Of a stretch of DNA of 64,000 nucleotides, positions 1 through 12,000 are shown piece after piece. How positions within the stretch are numbered: position 1 is the stretch's first letter; every line of letters starts with the position of its first letter. The notes below the pieces were generated by a model. The model was not told where the DNA came from, did no database searches, and saw nothing but the letters and a program-made list of their open reading frames with translations. Source of the stretch: Rhynchopus sp. YZ270_cl-10 (taxonomy: Eukaryota); the NCBI GenBank assembly GCA_964035575.1, contig OZ037838.1:930001-994000 (forward strand), given 5' to 3'. The position numbers were made by a program, and so were the translations under genes.

Positions 1-78
1 ACCCACCAACCTTCTTATTTGTCGTTGCGAAGTGACACCACCAACCATCATATCAAACACAACAGACCCCTTAACAAT

Positions 79-1091
79 ATGATGGATGTGACCTTTGTGC
101 TGGAAGAGTCAGGCGTGACTGCGACAGTGGAGGTGCCGTGCGAGGCGGACGTTGCAGCGGCAAAGGAGGTTGCGTGCACGGCGCTTGCTGTCTCGCCTGC
201 GTCTGTCGAGATGCGCATCGGCACGCAGGTGCTGGAGGGGACGTGCCGTCTGCAGGACACTGCGTTTGACCCAGGGGTGCAGGTTGTGCTGGCCTGCCCT
301 CGCTTTGCCGACATCAAGTGTCCTGCTCAGTACAGTGTAGAGGCGCCAACTGGTGGGCAGGAGAGGACTATCAAGCGTTTTTCGCTGTCTCCTTGTGGAG
401 CACTCTGCCTCTTTGCACAGAATGCAGGCTACGTCACTGGCCTCGATACAGAAACCCTCAGCCCTGCCTTCAGGTTCAAAGTAGACATTGTGGTGTACGG
501 TGTGCCTGCCATCTCACGGTGCAAGACACGCTGCTACCTGGCGTGCAGGGAAGGTATGCACGAGGTTGCGCTTCCGGGTGGGGAGGTGCTGACCTGACGT
601 TGCTCCGCTCTCTTTCGCACGAAGGGTGCAGGCGTGTGGCTGTGTCGCACTGTGGTGGGTGGGTGATCACCTTCTCACGCAGTGATAAGAAGGCACGTCT
701 GTGGGATGTGAACACAGGTGAAGAAGTGGCATGTGTGCTGATCGGAGGGGAACACCACGAAGTAGCACTTTCACGGTCGGCCTCTGTCTTTGCTGTGGGG
801 GTAGTAAACCGCGTGCGCCTCTTTGATTGGAGTGGTGCGGCTCTTGGCAGCATTGATGTGGATGGCAATATCGAGCACATGCAGTTCACCCCGTGTGGGA
901 AGTACATTGTACTCAATGTGTTGAGTGTCACGCATGGTTTGGAGCTGCACCAGTATGATGTTGCGACCCTTTCCTGTGTGCGTGTATTCACGGAAATAGG
1001 ACGTAACAGGTTTGTGATATCGCCCTGTTCGCGTATAGTTGTGTTTCCATCCGAAGGCCGCCTTCTGACACGCCACCTGTACCCAGAATAG
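79..1091 (+). pseudogene. UBL-WD40 family copy 1, frameshifted
   Basis: ATG at 79 with the same UBL as the paralogs. At ~590 GAGGTGCT joins directly to GACCTGACG, a ~91-nt deletion relative to copy 2. This gives a stop at 597, and the remainder continues in another frame to 1091. Confidence 0.85.
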
Positions 1092-1625
1092 TTGGTGCCT
1101 GCGTGTGACGCTAGCCCTGCGCCACCAGAGTCGTCCACACCCAGGAGTCGTCACTGGCATGGATGACAGAGCATCGTGGATGGCGAGGGGCGTTCATTAG
1201 TCCACACGACTTTGACAATGGAAGTGCGCTCAATGCGGAGAGTGCACGGGTTGACGGAAAGGCTGGGGTGTGTTTGATAACAATTACGGGTAATTCTTGC
1301 ACAGAATATGGCCACATGTGTGTCTGTGGGGTGGGTTGATGGAAGTGTGAAGCAGTGCGAATTCACAACTGTGGCACACAAAGAGAAAAGCTGCTCGCAT
1401 GAGCCAAAGGCGAACAGTTTTTTTTACATGGTTGGGTTCACTGCAGTACGAAGATGCACTGTCACGTGAGGGCAGTCGCCATTTTTTTAAATGGGTGTAG
1501 GGCGGAGCTCCACTCTTCCAATGTTGGGAATTTGGTCATCTTTTTTGCTCAGTAAGAGAAAATGGAACAGAGTGGGAATGCAACGAGCTTTTTTTTTCGT
1601 AATATTTTGTTCTCCCCACTAAATA

Positions 1626-2002
1626 CCGTAAACGGAACTATTCTGGGCTGTAACTATTCTGAGACAGAAGTATTCTGGGCCGGAACAAAACTGGAACACT
1701 TGGGTTTTTTGGGGGTGTCCCAGTTTTGTTCCGGCCCAGAATAGTTCTAGTTGGGGTAGAATTTTTATCCCCGTTCCCACCCCACCCAGGTACATAGTGC
1801 ATCTTTGGGCAAAAAAAAGTGTACCGAACCCGTCCTCGGACAGGTGATTGTCGAAACTACAAGGAGTCGCACTCCTCGTTTTTTTGACAAGGCACGGAAA
1901 CCCCCCCAAAACAATGCTGGTGCGGAACAAAACTGGAACAACGATCGAGGATTTTTTGGGGTGTTCCAGTTTTATTCCGGCCCAGAATATATCTTTTTAC
2001 GG
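1626..2002. mobile_element. MITE with CCGT...ACGG termini, TA-flanked
   Basis: TA|CCGTAAA...TTTACGG|TA with internal palindromic GGGCCGGAACAAAACTGG arms. It is absent from the paralogous spacer at ~8530. A second copy lies in opposite orientation at 61680-62009. Confidence 0.8.
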
Positions 2003-2435
2003 TAATATCGCGCGCAGAGAAACACTTCTTCTTCGCACACCTCCGTTGTTTGTTTTTCTCAACGACACATTTTCTTTTCTTCAAATTTAGCCCCCCGGTA
2101 TCACGTATGACACTGTTTCCGTGCATTCACATTGAAAAGGAGTTCCGTGCTATTCACAGAACCCTATAGACAATTGAGAGTATCTAGCAACAACCAAAAC
2201 AAAGAACGCATACGATGAAGAAGAAGTAATGCAGAAAAAATAGACAAAGAGAAAACAAAGAGATTTTTGACAAAAGGGACAATAAAAGTTCCCAACATAG
2301 TCACGCACACGGGAGTTTAAAGCTGACGTATTTATGCAATTAAAGTGACCCCACAACCAATTTTTTACCAGTTTTAACACCGAACAACTCAAACCCCACC
2401 CATCCACCCCGTGAACAGTGGAGCAAAAAAGAACA

Positions 2436-3521
2436 ATGATGGATGTGACCTTTGTGTTGGAAGAGTCAGGCGTGACTGCGACAGTGGAGGTGCCGTGCGA
2501 GGCGGACGTTGCAGCGGCAAAGAAGGTTGCGTGCACGGCGCTTGCTGTCTCGCCTGCGTCTGTCGAGATGCGCATCGGCACGCAGGTGCTGGAGGGGACG
2601 TGCCGTCTGCAGGACACTGCGTTTGGTGCAGGGGTGCAGGTTGTGCTTGCCCTCCCTCGCTTTGCCGACATCAAGTGTCCTGCTCAGTACAATGCCCGTG
2701 TAGAAGGATTGTCGCTGTCGCGTTGTGGCACGCTCTGTGTCTATGTTTGTGATAGGAATGTAGCTGGCTTCGACACAGAAACCTTCGACACTGTCTTCTC
2801 GTTCGAAATGTGGACTAAAGTGTACGATCGGCCTGCCATCTCGCAGTGCAAGACACGCTGCTACCTGGCGTGTGAGCGAGGCCTTCTCGAGCTTGCGCTT
2901 CCGGGTGGGGAGGTGCTCCGCAAAGTCGACGGCACCTCCAACGCAGCGTTCGCGTGTGGCGGTGTTGTTATCTCAAAGAGCACAGACGGCGTCTCTGTGT
3001 ATGACGAAGACCTGACGTTGCTCCGCTCTCTCTCGCATGAACGGTGCAGAAATGTCGCAGTGTCGGACTGTGGTGGGTGGGTGATAGCCTCATCCTTCCT
3101 TGAAAAGAAGGCACGTCTATGGGATGTGAACACAGGTGAAGCTGTGGCATGTGTGCCCGTGGCAAGGGGCAATGTGGCGCTTTCACGGTCTGCCTCTGTC
3201 TTTGCTGTGGAGGGCTCTGACAACGTGCACCTCTATGATTGGAGTGGTGTGGCTATGGGCAGCTTTGCACAGGACACAGGCACTTACTTCTGCGGCATGC
3301 AGTTCACCCCGTGTGGGAAGTACCTTGTGATTAACAGTATGGATGTTGCACAGTGCGCTGCCTGGTCCCTGCTTCAGTATGATCTGTCGAGCATGTCCTG
3401 CGTACGTGAGATACCGAACACCAAAGGTTCGCCCTTTACGATATCGCCATGTTCGCGTGTGGTTGTGTTTGAAAACCAGTCTGGCAACACTATACTAACA
3501 AGACACCTGCACCCCTACTAG
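2436..3521 (+). CDS. UBL-WD40 family copy 2 (ubiquitin-like domain + 7-blade beta-propeller)
   Basis: Intact ORF. The N-terminus MDVTFVLEESGVTATVEV...LQDTAF follows the ubiquitin fold pattern. WD motifs such as RLWDVNTGE, LYDWSG and QFTPCGKY are present. Confidence 0.85.
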   Translation: MMDVTFVLEESGVTATVEVPCEADVAAAKKVACTALAVSPASVEMRIGTQVLEGTCRLQDTAFGAGVQVVLALPRFADIKCPAQYNARVEGLSLSRCGTLCVYVCDRNVAGFDTETFDTVFSFEMWTKVYDRPAISQCKTRCYLACERGLLELALPGGEVLRKVDGTSNAAFACGGVVISKSTDGVSVYDEDLTLLRSLSHERCRNVAVSDCGGWVIASSFLEKKARLWDVNTGEAVACVPVARGNVALSRSASVFAVEGSDNVHLYDWSGVAMGSFAQDTGTYFCGMQFTPCGKYLVINSMDVAQCAAWSLLQYDLSSMSCVREIPNTKGSPFTISPCSRVVVFENQSGNTILTRHLHPY

Positions 3522-3925
3522 GGTCTGAGGTGCGTCCCTCTTTCTTGCCTAATAGCTTCTTCATTTGCGCAAAGGCGAAATGTCAAAGATGAAACATCAT
3601 CAAAGAGTTTTCCTCCCCTAAACACCCTGGTTTTGTCGTGCGATTAATGTTAAGTTTCTATTTTGCTTACTTTTCCATGAGGATCCAATCCGTTAAACGG
3701 AAACACAACCTGCTGACGAGTGGTTGTGGACCTTCCCCCTTCACACCACAGTAAGGGCAAGCTGAGGTTTCTTTTCACATCTCCTGTGTGTTTGCAGGGT
3801 ATCTTCAAATTGCTTGTTTTGTCAGAGTTTGTTGAAACACGTATTCAACCCACCAACCTTCTTATTTGTCGTTGCGAAGTGACACCACCAACCATCACAT
3901 CAACCACAACAGACCCCTTAACAAT

Positions 3926-5041
3926 ATGATGGATGTGACCTTTGTGCTGGAAGAGTCAGGCGTGACTGCGACAGTGGAGGTGCCGTGCGAGGCGGACGTT
4001 GCAGCGGCAAAGGAGGTTGCGTGCACGGCGCTTGCTGTCTCGCCTGCGTCTGTCGAGATGCGCATCGGCACGCAGGTGCTGGAGGGGACGTGTCGTCTGC
4101 AGGACACTGCGTTTGGTGCAGGGGTGCAGGTTGTGCTTGCCCGCCCTCGTTTTGCCGACATCAAGTGTCCTGGTGGGTACACTGCAAAGTCGCAAGCGAC
4201 AACGTTCACGCTGTCTCGTTGTGGAACGCTCTGCGTACATAGTTGCGAGACTGGTCATATTGGCGGCTTCGACACAGAAACCTTCGACACTGTCTTCTCG
4301 TTCATAGTGGACAATAAAGTATCCGGTGCGCCTGCCATCTCGCAGTGCAAGACACGCTGCTACCTGCCGTGTGGGGATCACCTTCTCGAGGTTGCGCTTC
4401 CGGGTGGGGAGGTGGTCCGCAAAGTCAAGGGCATCTCAGACGCAGTGTTCTCCTCTGGCGGTGTTATTGTTTCCCAAGGCATAAACCAAGGCGTCTCTGT
4501 GTATGACGAAGGCCTGAGGTTGCTCCGCACTCTCTCGCACAAGCAGTGCAGTGGGGTGGCAGTATCGGACTGTGGTGGGTGGGTGATCACCTGCTCCTGG
4601 GTGGAGCGGAACGTACGTCTGTGGGATGTGAACACAGGTGAAGCTGTTGCATGTGTGCCATTGGAGGGGTACGGGAGCTTACGAGTGGCACTTTCGCAAT
4701 GTGCCTCTGTATTTGCTGTGGCGAGCTGTGGCACCGTGAGCCGCGTGCACCTCTATGATTGGAGTGGTGCGGCTCTTCGCAGTGTTGATATGGATAAGGC
4801 TGTAGCGGGAATGCAGTTCACCCCGTGTGGGAAGTACCTTGTGGTGGGGGTGGTAATTTTTGATTATGTTAGGTTCGAAACGCTGCACCAGTTTGATGTG
4901 TCGAACATGTCCTGTGTGCATGTGATATCGTATAGCGCAGATGCGCCCTTTGCGATATCGCCGTGTTCACGCGTTGTTGTGACTATGCCAAATCCTGGCT
5001 ACATTGCGACGAGACATCTGTACCCACACAACAGTGAGTGA
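3926..5041 (+). CDS. UBL-WD40 family copy 3
   Basis: Intact paralogous ORF starting MMDVTF, ending HLYPHNSE. Confidence 0.85.
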   Translation: MMDVTFVLEESGVTATVEVPCEADVAAAKEVACTALAVSPASVEMRIGTQVLEGTCRLQDTAFGAGVQVVLARPRFADIKCPGGYTAKSQATTFTLSRCGTLCVHSCETGHIGGFDTETFDTVFSFIVDNKVSGAPAISQCKTRCYLPCGDHLLEVALPGGEVVRKVKGISDAVFSSGGVIVSQGINQGVSVYDEGLRLLRTLSHKQCSGVAVSDCGGWVITCSWVERNVRLWDVNTGEAVACVPLEGYGSLRVALSQCASVFAVASCGTVSRVHLYDWSGAALRSVDMDKAVAGMQFTPCGKYLVVGVVIFDYVRFETLHQFDVSNMSCVHVISYSADAPFAISPCSRVVVTMPNPGYIATRHLYPHNSE

Positions 5042-5389
5042 TGTTTGGCCAAGGGAGGGGAGGGAAAGTAGTGATGCATTTGACCCTTTTCTCTTGTTTG
5101 CCTGCCACAGGTTGCCGGGTGTCAGGTCGCCCACCTCACACGTGGGGTTCGTTGTGGGTCGGAAACACAAACCTGACACCGAGCAGTTGTGTCCCTTCCC
5201 CCTTCACCACACGTACGGGCAAGCCATGAGGTTTCTTTTCACATCTCCTGTGTATTTGCAGGGTATTTTCAAATTGCTTGTTTTGTCAGAGTTTGTTGAA
5301 ACACGTATTTAACCCACCAACCTTCTTATTTGTCGTTGCGAAGTGACACCACCAACCATCACATCAAACACAACAGAGCCCTTAACAAT

Positions 5390-6538
5390 ATGATGGATGT
5401 GACCTTTGTGCTGGAAGAGTCAGGCGTGACTGCGACAGTGGAGGTGCCGTGCGAGGCGGACGTTGCAGCGGCAAAGGAGGTTGCGTGCACGGCGCTTGCT
5501 GTCTCGCCTGCGTCTGTCGAGATGCGCATCGGCACGCAGGTGCTGGAGGGGACGTGCCGTCTGCAGGACACTGCGTTTGATGCAGGGGTGCAGGTTGTGC
5601 TTGCCTGTCCTCACTTTGCCGACATCAAGTGTCCTGCTCAGTGCAGTATCCAGGGCAACGTGCAGAACTTCTCGCTGTCTCGTTGTGGAACGCTTTGTCT
5701 CTCTTTCCACAGGACTGACGATGCACGTATTGCCTGCGTAGGCTTTGACACAGAAACCTTCGACACTGCCTTCACGTTTGACATAGATGTTCGATGCTAT
5801 GGCCTAGCTGCCATCTCACGGTGCAAAAAACGCTGCTACGTGGCGTGCAGGGAAGGTATGCACGAGGTTGCGCTTCCGGGTTGGGAGGTGCTCCGCAAAG
5901 TCGACGGCGCCTCGCACTCAGTGTTCGCGTGTGGCAATGTTGTTGTCTCGAAGGGCACAGACGGCGTCTCTGTGTATGACGAAAACCTGACGTTGCTCCG
6001 CTCTCTCTCGCATGAAGGGTGTATGGGAGCGGCAGTGTCGGACTGTGGTGGGTGGGTGATCACCTCCTCCTACAAGGAGATGAAGGTACGTCTGTGGGAT
6101 GTGAACACAGGTGAAGGTGTGGCGTGTGTTCCTACGTATGGGTGGAACATGGCACTTTCGCGGTCTGCCTCTGTCTTTGCTGTGGCTGGCTCTGACACTG
6201 TGGACGATGCGTGCTCTAGCAAAGTCCACCTCTATGACTGGCGTGGTGTTGCCCTTGGCAGCTTTGAAAAGGAGGATTATCTAGTCTGTGGCGTGCATTT
6301 CACTCCGTGTGGGAAGTACGTCGTAGTTGCGTTTGTGGAGTCGGTGGTATCTACCTACACATGTCCACTCCACCAGTATGATGTGGCGACCATGTCCTGT
6401 GTGCGTGTGATACCGGACAGCTCAGGTGCATTTGCGATATCACCGTGTTCACGTGTGGTTGTGTTCGGGAGTCAGGCCCAGGGCGATACAACAAGCAGCA
6501 TTGTAACAAGGCATCTGTACCCACACAACAGTGAGTGA
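5390..6538 (+). CDS. UBL-WD40 family copy 4
   Basis: Intact paralogous ORF. Confidence 0.85.
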   Translation: MMDVTFVLEESGVTATVEVPCEADVAAAKEVACTALAVSPASVEMRIGTQVLEGTCRLQDTAFDAGVQVVLACPHFADIKCPAQCSIQGNVQNFSLSRCGTLCLSFHRTDDARIACVGFDTETFDTAFTFDIDVRCYGLAAISRCKKRCYVACREGMHEVALPGWEVLRKVDGASHSVFACGNVVVSKGTDGVSVYDENLTLLRSLSHEGCMGAAVSDCGGWVITSSYKEMKVRLWDVNTGEGVACVPTYGWNMALSRSASVFAVAGSDTVDDACSSKVHLYDWRGVALGSFEKEDYLVCGVHFTPCGKYVVVAFVESVVSTYTCPLHQYDVATMSCVRVIPDSSGAFAISPCSRVVVFGSQAQGDTTSSIVTRHLYPHNSE

Positions 6539-7044
6539 TGTTTCGCGAGGGGTGGGAGGGTGGTGACTGTATTCTGACAGAAGAGGACAGTGCAAGTGTC
6601 TGCAGAGGGTATACCATCAACTGCATAGGCCGCACCGTGAATCTAACTCAAGCGGACGGCTTTTCACACACAACACACAAAGACTTTGTTGTTGCGTATT
6701 CTTTTCTTGTGCAGTTGCAATGCCTGCGTGCCAGAGGCGTTTGCACTATGAACTTCACTTTTATTTCGGTATCGTTTCGTGTTAACTCTTTGCTTCTTTC
6801 GATCAACTTCACGTTCATGTTGGTATCGTTTATTGTTGACTATTTGTTTGTCTTCATTATCCATGAGGATCCCCCAGTGAACCGTTTGTGACCCTGCACT
6901 GCCTGGGCAGTCGTTATCGTTGACGTTCGTCTGTAGCATACAAGAAAGAAGAAAGTCTCCAGGTACCAGACATGACCTTCTTATTTGTCGTTGCGAAGTG
7001 ACACCACCAACCATCACATCAAACACAACAGACCCCTTAACAAT

Positions 7045-8199
7045 ATGATGGATGTGACCTTTGTGCTGGAAGAGTCAGGCGTGACTGCGACAGTGGAGGT
7101 GCCGTGCGAGGCGGATGTTGCAGCGGCAAAGGAGGTTGCGTGCACGGCGCTTGCTGTTTCGCCTGCGTCTGTCGAGATGCGCATCGGCACGCAGGTGCTG
7201 GAGGGGACGTGCCGTCTGCAGGACACTGCGTTTGATTCAGGGGTGCAGGTTGTGCTTGCCCGCCGCTTTGCCGACATCAAGTGTCCTGCTGAGAAAAGTG
7301 ACCACGCAGATTACTTGAAGCTGTCGCGTTGTGGAACGCTCTGCGTTTTTTGGAACTGGTTTGGGCATGCTGTTGGCTTTGACACAGAAACCTTCGACAC
7401 GGTCTTCTCGTTTGAGATAGACAATATGTTGTGCGGTCCGCCAGCCATCTCACGGTGCAAGACACGCTGCTACCTGCCGTGCAGGGAAGGTATGCACGAG
7501 GTTGCGCTTCCGGGTGGGGAGGTGCTCCGCGAAGTCGACGGCATCTCAGAGTCAGTGTTCGCGTGTGGTGGTGTTGTTGTCTCGAAGGGTGACGACGGCG
7601 TCTCTGTGTATGACGAAGACCTGACGTTGCTCCGCTTTCTCTCGCACGAAGAGTCTATGGGAGCGGCAGTGTCGGACTGTGGTGGGTGGGTGATCACCTC
7701 TTCCGAAAAAGAGCAGAATGCACGTCTGTGGGATGTGAACACAGGAGAAGCTGTGGCATGTGTGCCATGTGTTCCTGCGGGGTGGAGCGAAGGGGTGGCG
7801 CTTTCACGGTCCGCCTCCGTCTTTGCTGTGGCAGGCTCCAACACCGTACAGCTCTATGATTGGAGTGGTGCGGCTCTTGGCAGTATTGATGTGCACGAAG
7901 TTCTTCGGGATGGGATCGACAGGGACATGCAGTTCACCCCGTGTGGGAAGTACCTTGTAGTGAAGATGGATGCTGCGGAAAGCAGAGATGGCGGAGGAGA
8001 TGCTGATTACAATGCACACCTCCTGCACCAGTATGATGTGGCGACCATGTCCTGTGTGCGTGTGATCCCGCAAATGACAAAGAGTTGGTCATTTGATATA
8101 TCACCGTGTTCGCGTATGGTTGTGTTAGGGAGCGAGGATCAAGTCGACACCAGAAGAGTCATACTCACAAGGCATCTGTACCCATACAACAGTGAGTGA
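7045..8199 (+). CDS. UBL-WD40 family copy 5
   Basis: Intact paralogous ORF. Confidence 0.85.
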   Translation: MMDVTFVLEESGVTATVEVPCEADVAAAKEVACTALAVSPASVEMRIGTQVLEGTCRLQDTAFDSGVQVVLARRFADIKCPAEKSDHADYLKLSRCGTLCVFWNWFGHAVGFDTETFDTVFSFEIDNMLCGPPAISRCKTRCYLPCREGMHEVALPGGEVLREVDGISESVFACGGVVVSKGDDGVSVYDEDLTLLRFLSHEESMGAAVSDCGGWVITSSEKEQNARLWDVNTGEAVACVPCVPAGWSEGVALSRSASVFAVAGSNTVQLYDWSGAALGSIDVHEVLRDGIDRDMQFTPCGKYLVVKMDAAESRDGGGDADYNAHLLHQYDVATMSCVRVIPQMTKSWSFDISPCSRMVVLGSEDQVDTRRVILTRHLYPYNSE

Positions 8200-9037
8200 C
8201 GTGTCACTCACTGTCGTGAATTGCTTGCCTATGGAGTGGCAGTGCCACCGTACCAGAGGACGTTTGCACTGTCAACTTCACTTTTATTTCGGTATGGTTT
8301 CGTGTTAACTCTTTGCTTGTTTCGATCAACTTCTGTTTTACGCAACATCCCACCCGTTTGTTTTTCAAGAGTTTGTCGCCATTTTTTAAATGGGTGTAGG
8401 GCGGAGCTCCACTCTTCCAATGTTAGGAATTTGGTCATCTTTTTTGCTCAGTAAGAGAAAACGGAACGGAGTGGGAACGCAGTGGGAATGCAACGAGCTT
8501 TTTTTTCGTTATTGTTTTGTTCTTCCCACTAAATATCACGCGCAGAGAAACACTTCTTCTTCCCACACCTGCGTTGTTTGTTTTACTCGACGACACATTT
8601 TCTTTTCTTCAAATTTAGCCCCCCGGTATCACGTATGATACTGTTTCCGTGCATTCGCATTGAAAAGGAGTTCCGTGCTATTCACAGAACCCAACAGACA
8701 ATTGAGAGCATCTAGCAACAACCAAAACAAAGAACGCATACGATGAAGAAGAAGTAATGCAGAAAAAATAGACAAAGAGAAAACAAAGAGATTTTTGACA
8801 AAAGGGACAATAAAAGTTCCCAACATAGTCACGCACACGGGAGTTTAAAGCTTGACGTATTTATGCAATTAAAGTGACCCCACAACCCATTTTTTCCAGT
8901 TTCAACACCGAACAACTCAAACCCCACCCACCTCATCACTACCCCGTTAACAGTGGAGCAAAAACTGCCCCACCCCTCCCCCAAAGCCCTACCTCATCTC
9001 CACCTAACAGAGGTGGAGCAAAGAAGAAGAAGAAACA

Positions 9038-12000
9038 ATGATGGATGTTGGTGCTATCCGGGGGGCGGCGTTTCACAAAGTTTCACAATTTTTCACAAAA
9101 TATCACACAATTTCAATCCTATGCACAACGTGTCACAACGTTTCGCAACATTTCACAACTTTGCACAACTTTTCACAACGTTTCACAACTTTTCACAACT
9201 TTTCACAACTTTTCACAACTTTTCACAACTATATGTTGTGAAAAGTTGTGAAACGTTGTGAAAAGTTGTGATTTTGTTTGAAATTTTGTGAAAAGTTGTG
9301 AAAAGTTGTGATTTTGTTTGAAAATTGTGAAAAGTTGTGAAAGTTGTGAATAGTTGTGAAAAGTTGTGAATAGTTGTGAAAAGTTGTGATTTTGATTGAC
9401 ATTTTGCGAAACTTTGTGAAAAGTTGTGAAAAGTTGTGAAAAGTTGTGAATAGTTGTGAAAAGTTGTGATTTTGATTGAAATTTTGTGAGCCCGTTTTTT
9501 GATTTTTATAGGGGCTTTCTGAAGGGGGGTTGGCATGGGTAGTGGTCACGGTGGGAACACGACAGAGCTTATTGTAACCACAGGACGCGCCGATTTTGAC
9601 TGAACACGGCTGAGCCCTTCCGCGACAATGTGTGATTTATGGTATGTACTTCCCCAAAACAACTCAAATGGCTATCAAAGCGCCAACCTCATCAAATCTA
9701 TACCGTGCCTTATTAATATTGGTACCCCAGAAATAAAGAATACCAAGTACGCAACAACTGCGCAACAAGTACGCAAAATGGGGTGGGCTTCATTTTTACT
9801 TTGTGGGTATTTTTTGGGGATTTTTGGTTTTAGGGTTCCAGAAGCCAGTTTGTGCACGCATTGACCCCAAAAGTGCAGAAATCACCTGAAAGTGGGGTGA
9901 TCCGGGTTGTATTCTGCTACGAAATTCGCAAACCAGGAAAAATCGGAAAAAAAATGCGAAAAATTCGCAATGCGATTTTTTGCGATTCGCGTTTCGGGTT
10001 TTTGCGATTTTTTGCGCACAGGTGTGACAAGTCACACGTGGTCACATGTACCCACGTACCCAGGTACCCAGACCCACGCAGTGTCACATGACCTCAAGTG
10101 TGAGTGACCCACGCATGAGGGAATGCGACACCGCAAAAATTACCACAGACCCTGTCTTCCTGCACCTTCGGTGCAACGCCGCAGACAGGCCAACAGCATT
10201 GGACTCAGAGGAATGCCCGCTATGCAGGTATCAAACATGAAAACCAACTCCCAGCAACAAGGGGCGCCTTTTGGCGGGCGTTGTTGAGGTGTTTTGGGGT
10301 GCAAAGTTTTCCACAATTTTGATGCGTGGGTACAGAAGTGTTGTCTTGTTCTTTCATCTCTAGGAATGTAACAGTGGCTGTGCCATACAGATACCGGGGG
10401 ACAAGACGTGCTACAATCCGGAGGATGACGAAGACATGGATGAACCGAGGCTACACTCGCTATACAACAATGCCCTCGCCATGCCGGTAAATGGCAACAC
10501 TGCAGGCCACCCCTTGGCGGTATTCCCCCACGACTACATCGCACCCATCTGTGCAAGCTTCATGGATCTGCAGAACCTACAGCTGGACGGGTTTACGGGT
10601 TGTGGAAGCCTACAAAGCAAACTGTAGAGGTCTTGTTCAAGCGGAACGAAAAAAATTCTCTCTTCAAAACTCAAATTTCCCTCATAGTTTTGTTTGTACA
10701 CTTTTCCCAAGGTAAAATCCCTACCAAAAAAAAAAAACTCGCCAAAACTCGCCCCCCAAAAATGGGCGAGTTTTGGGCCAGGGATATTGCTAAAAACCAT
10801 CGACCATCGCCCCACTGAATTTGGGGTTCCCCCCCTTTCCATAAACCATCGCACCATCGCCCCACGGTAACTAGTGTACTATGGTACTATGCAATTGGTC
10901 AAGCGCCGAAGGAAAAGGAAGCATGCAGCATGGCGAAAGACAAAAAGTAGCGTACCGTGCGCCTGCGGCGCAAGCTTGCAACCCACCCTTCCCATGACAG
11001 AGTTTGGCAGTAAAAATGTGCAAATTTTAGCCAAATTTTAGGAATGTTGCGTACCGTGGCTTCGCCAGGAACCTTTGGGTACCACGACCGCCGTTTCTCT
11101 TGTAAATGTACTGAGGTTACTGATAATTCGTGTGCCCCGTCTGCCTGGTGTAAATATCATTGAAGTGCCGAACTCCGCAGTTGGACAACCACGGAATTCA
11201 TACATTCCGCCGGAGGCCCCCAACTTGAGCTAAGGTGGGGACCCGGGCGCGCGAAGCGCGCCCCGGGATCGACTGGAAAAAAAAGTCCGCACTCCCCCCC
11301 CTTTTTTCGACCATCGCCCCACGAAATCCCGAAAGTTAGCAATATCCCTGGTTTTGGGCGAGTAGGCGAGTTTTTTGGGAAGTTTTTCGGGTTTACGGGT
11401 AGGGTCACTGTGTACAAATTTATTTAACTCAAGTAGCAGAATTAAAATTCCAGCATCTCTACCCCCCCTTTACGGAGTGACAACAACTGGTAGAAACACG
11501 GTAGAACCACGGGGAATTGCACACCAATTGATTACATTATTTGGATAATCTTTTAAACAACCACCACCTCTTACAGGTTTCGTGTCCGCGAATCTGCCTA
11601 CTGTTCTTTTGGATGTACCAGAAGAAGATGCAGAGACTGAAGCTGCTGGAGGCGATGGAGCCGGCGGACTCGCTGGAAGTAGGAGATGCACAGCACCTGC
11701 ACAGAGCTGATGTTCAAGCATTGACGACGAAGGGTCGTTTGCCCTGGCGTCCTAGTAGACGTTTGCTGTCTCCCCTGCTGCTGATGGACGGGCTACACAC
11801 TCTGCACCATCGTTACAGCTCATAAGACCGAGATGCAAGCTAAAAAAACCCTCATGTCTTCACAACTCTTCACAACTCTTCACAACTCTTCACAAGTTTT
11901 CACAAGTTTTCACAACCCTCTTGAGCCTTTACGTGTGAAAAGTTGTGAAGAGTTGTGAAACGTTGTGAAAAGTTGTGATTTTGATTGAAATTTTGTGGAA

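Noticed and set aside
19..78. N-terminal extensions in the ORF track (MSLRSDTTNHH..., MLSVVF..., MKVAKK...)
   Set aside because: They begin at non-ATG codons and differ by spacer type. The conserved start is (A)ACAATG/ATATG at MMDVTF.
48..340. Recurrent antisense and alternate-frame ORFs (MMSAKR..., MQRQRR...)
   Set aside because: Shadows of the GC-rich, nearly invariant UBL segment
2436..2660. Cleavable ubiquitin fusion or polyubiquitin
   Set aside because: No diglycine at the end of the UBL, and the sequence is far from ubiquitin
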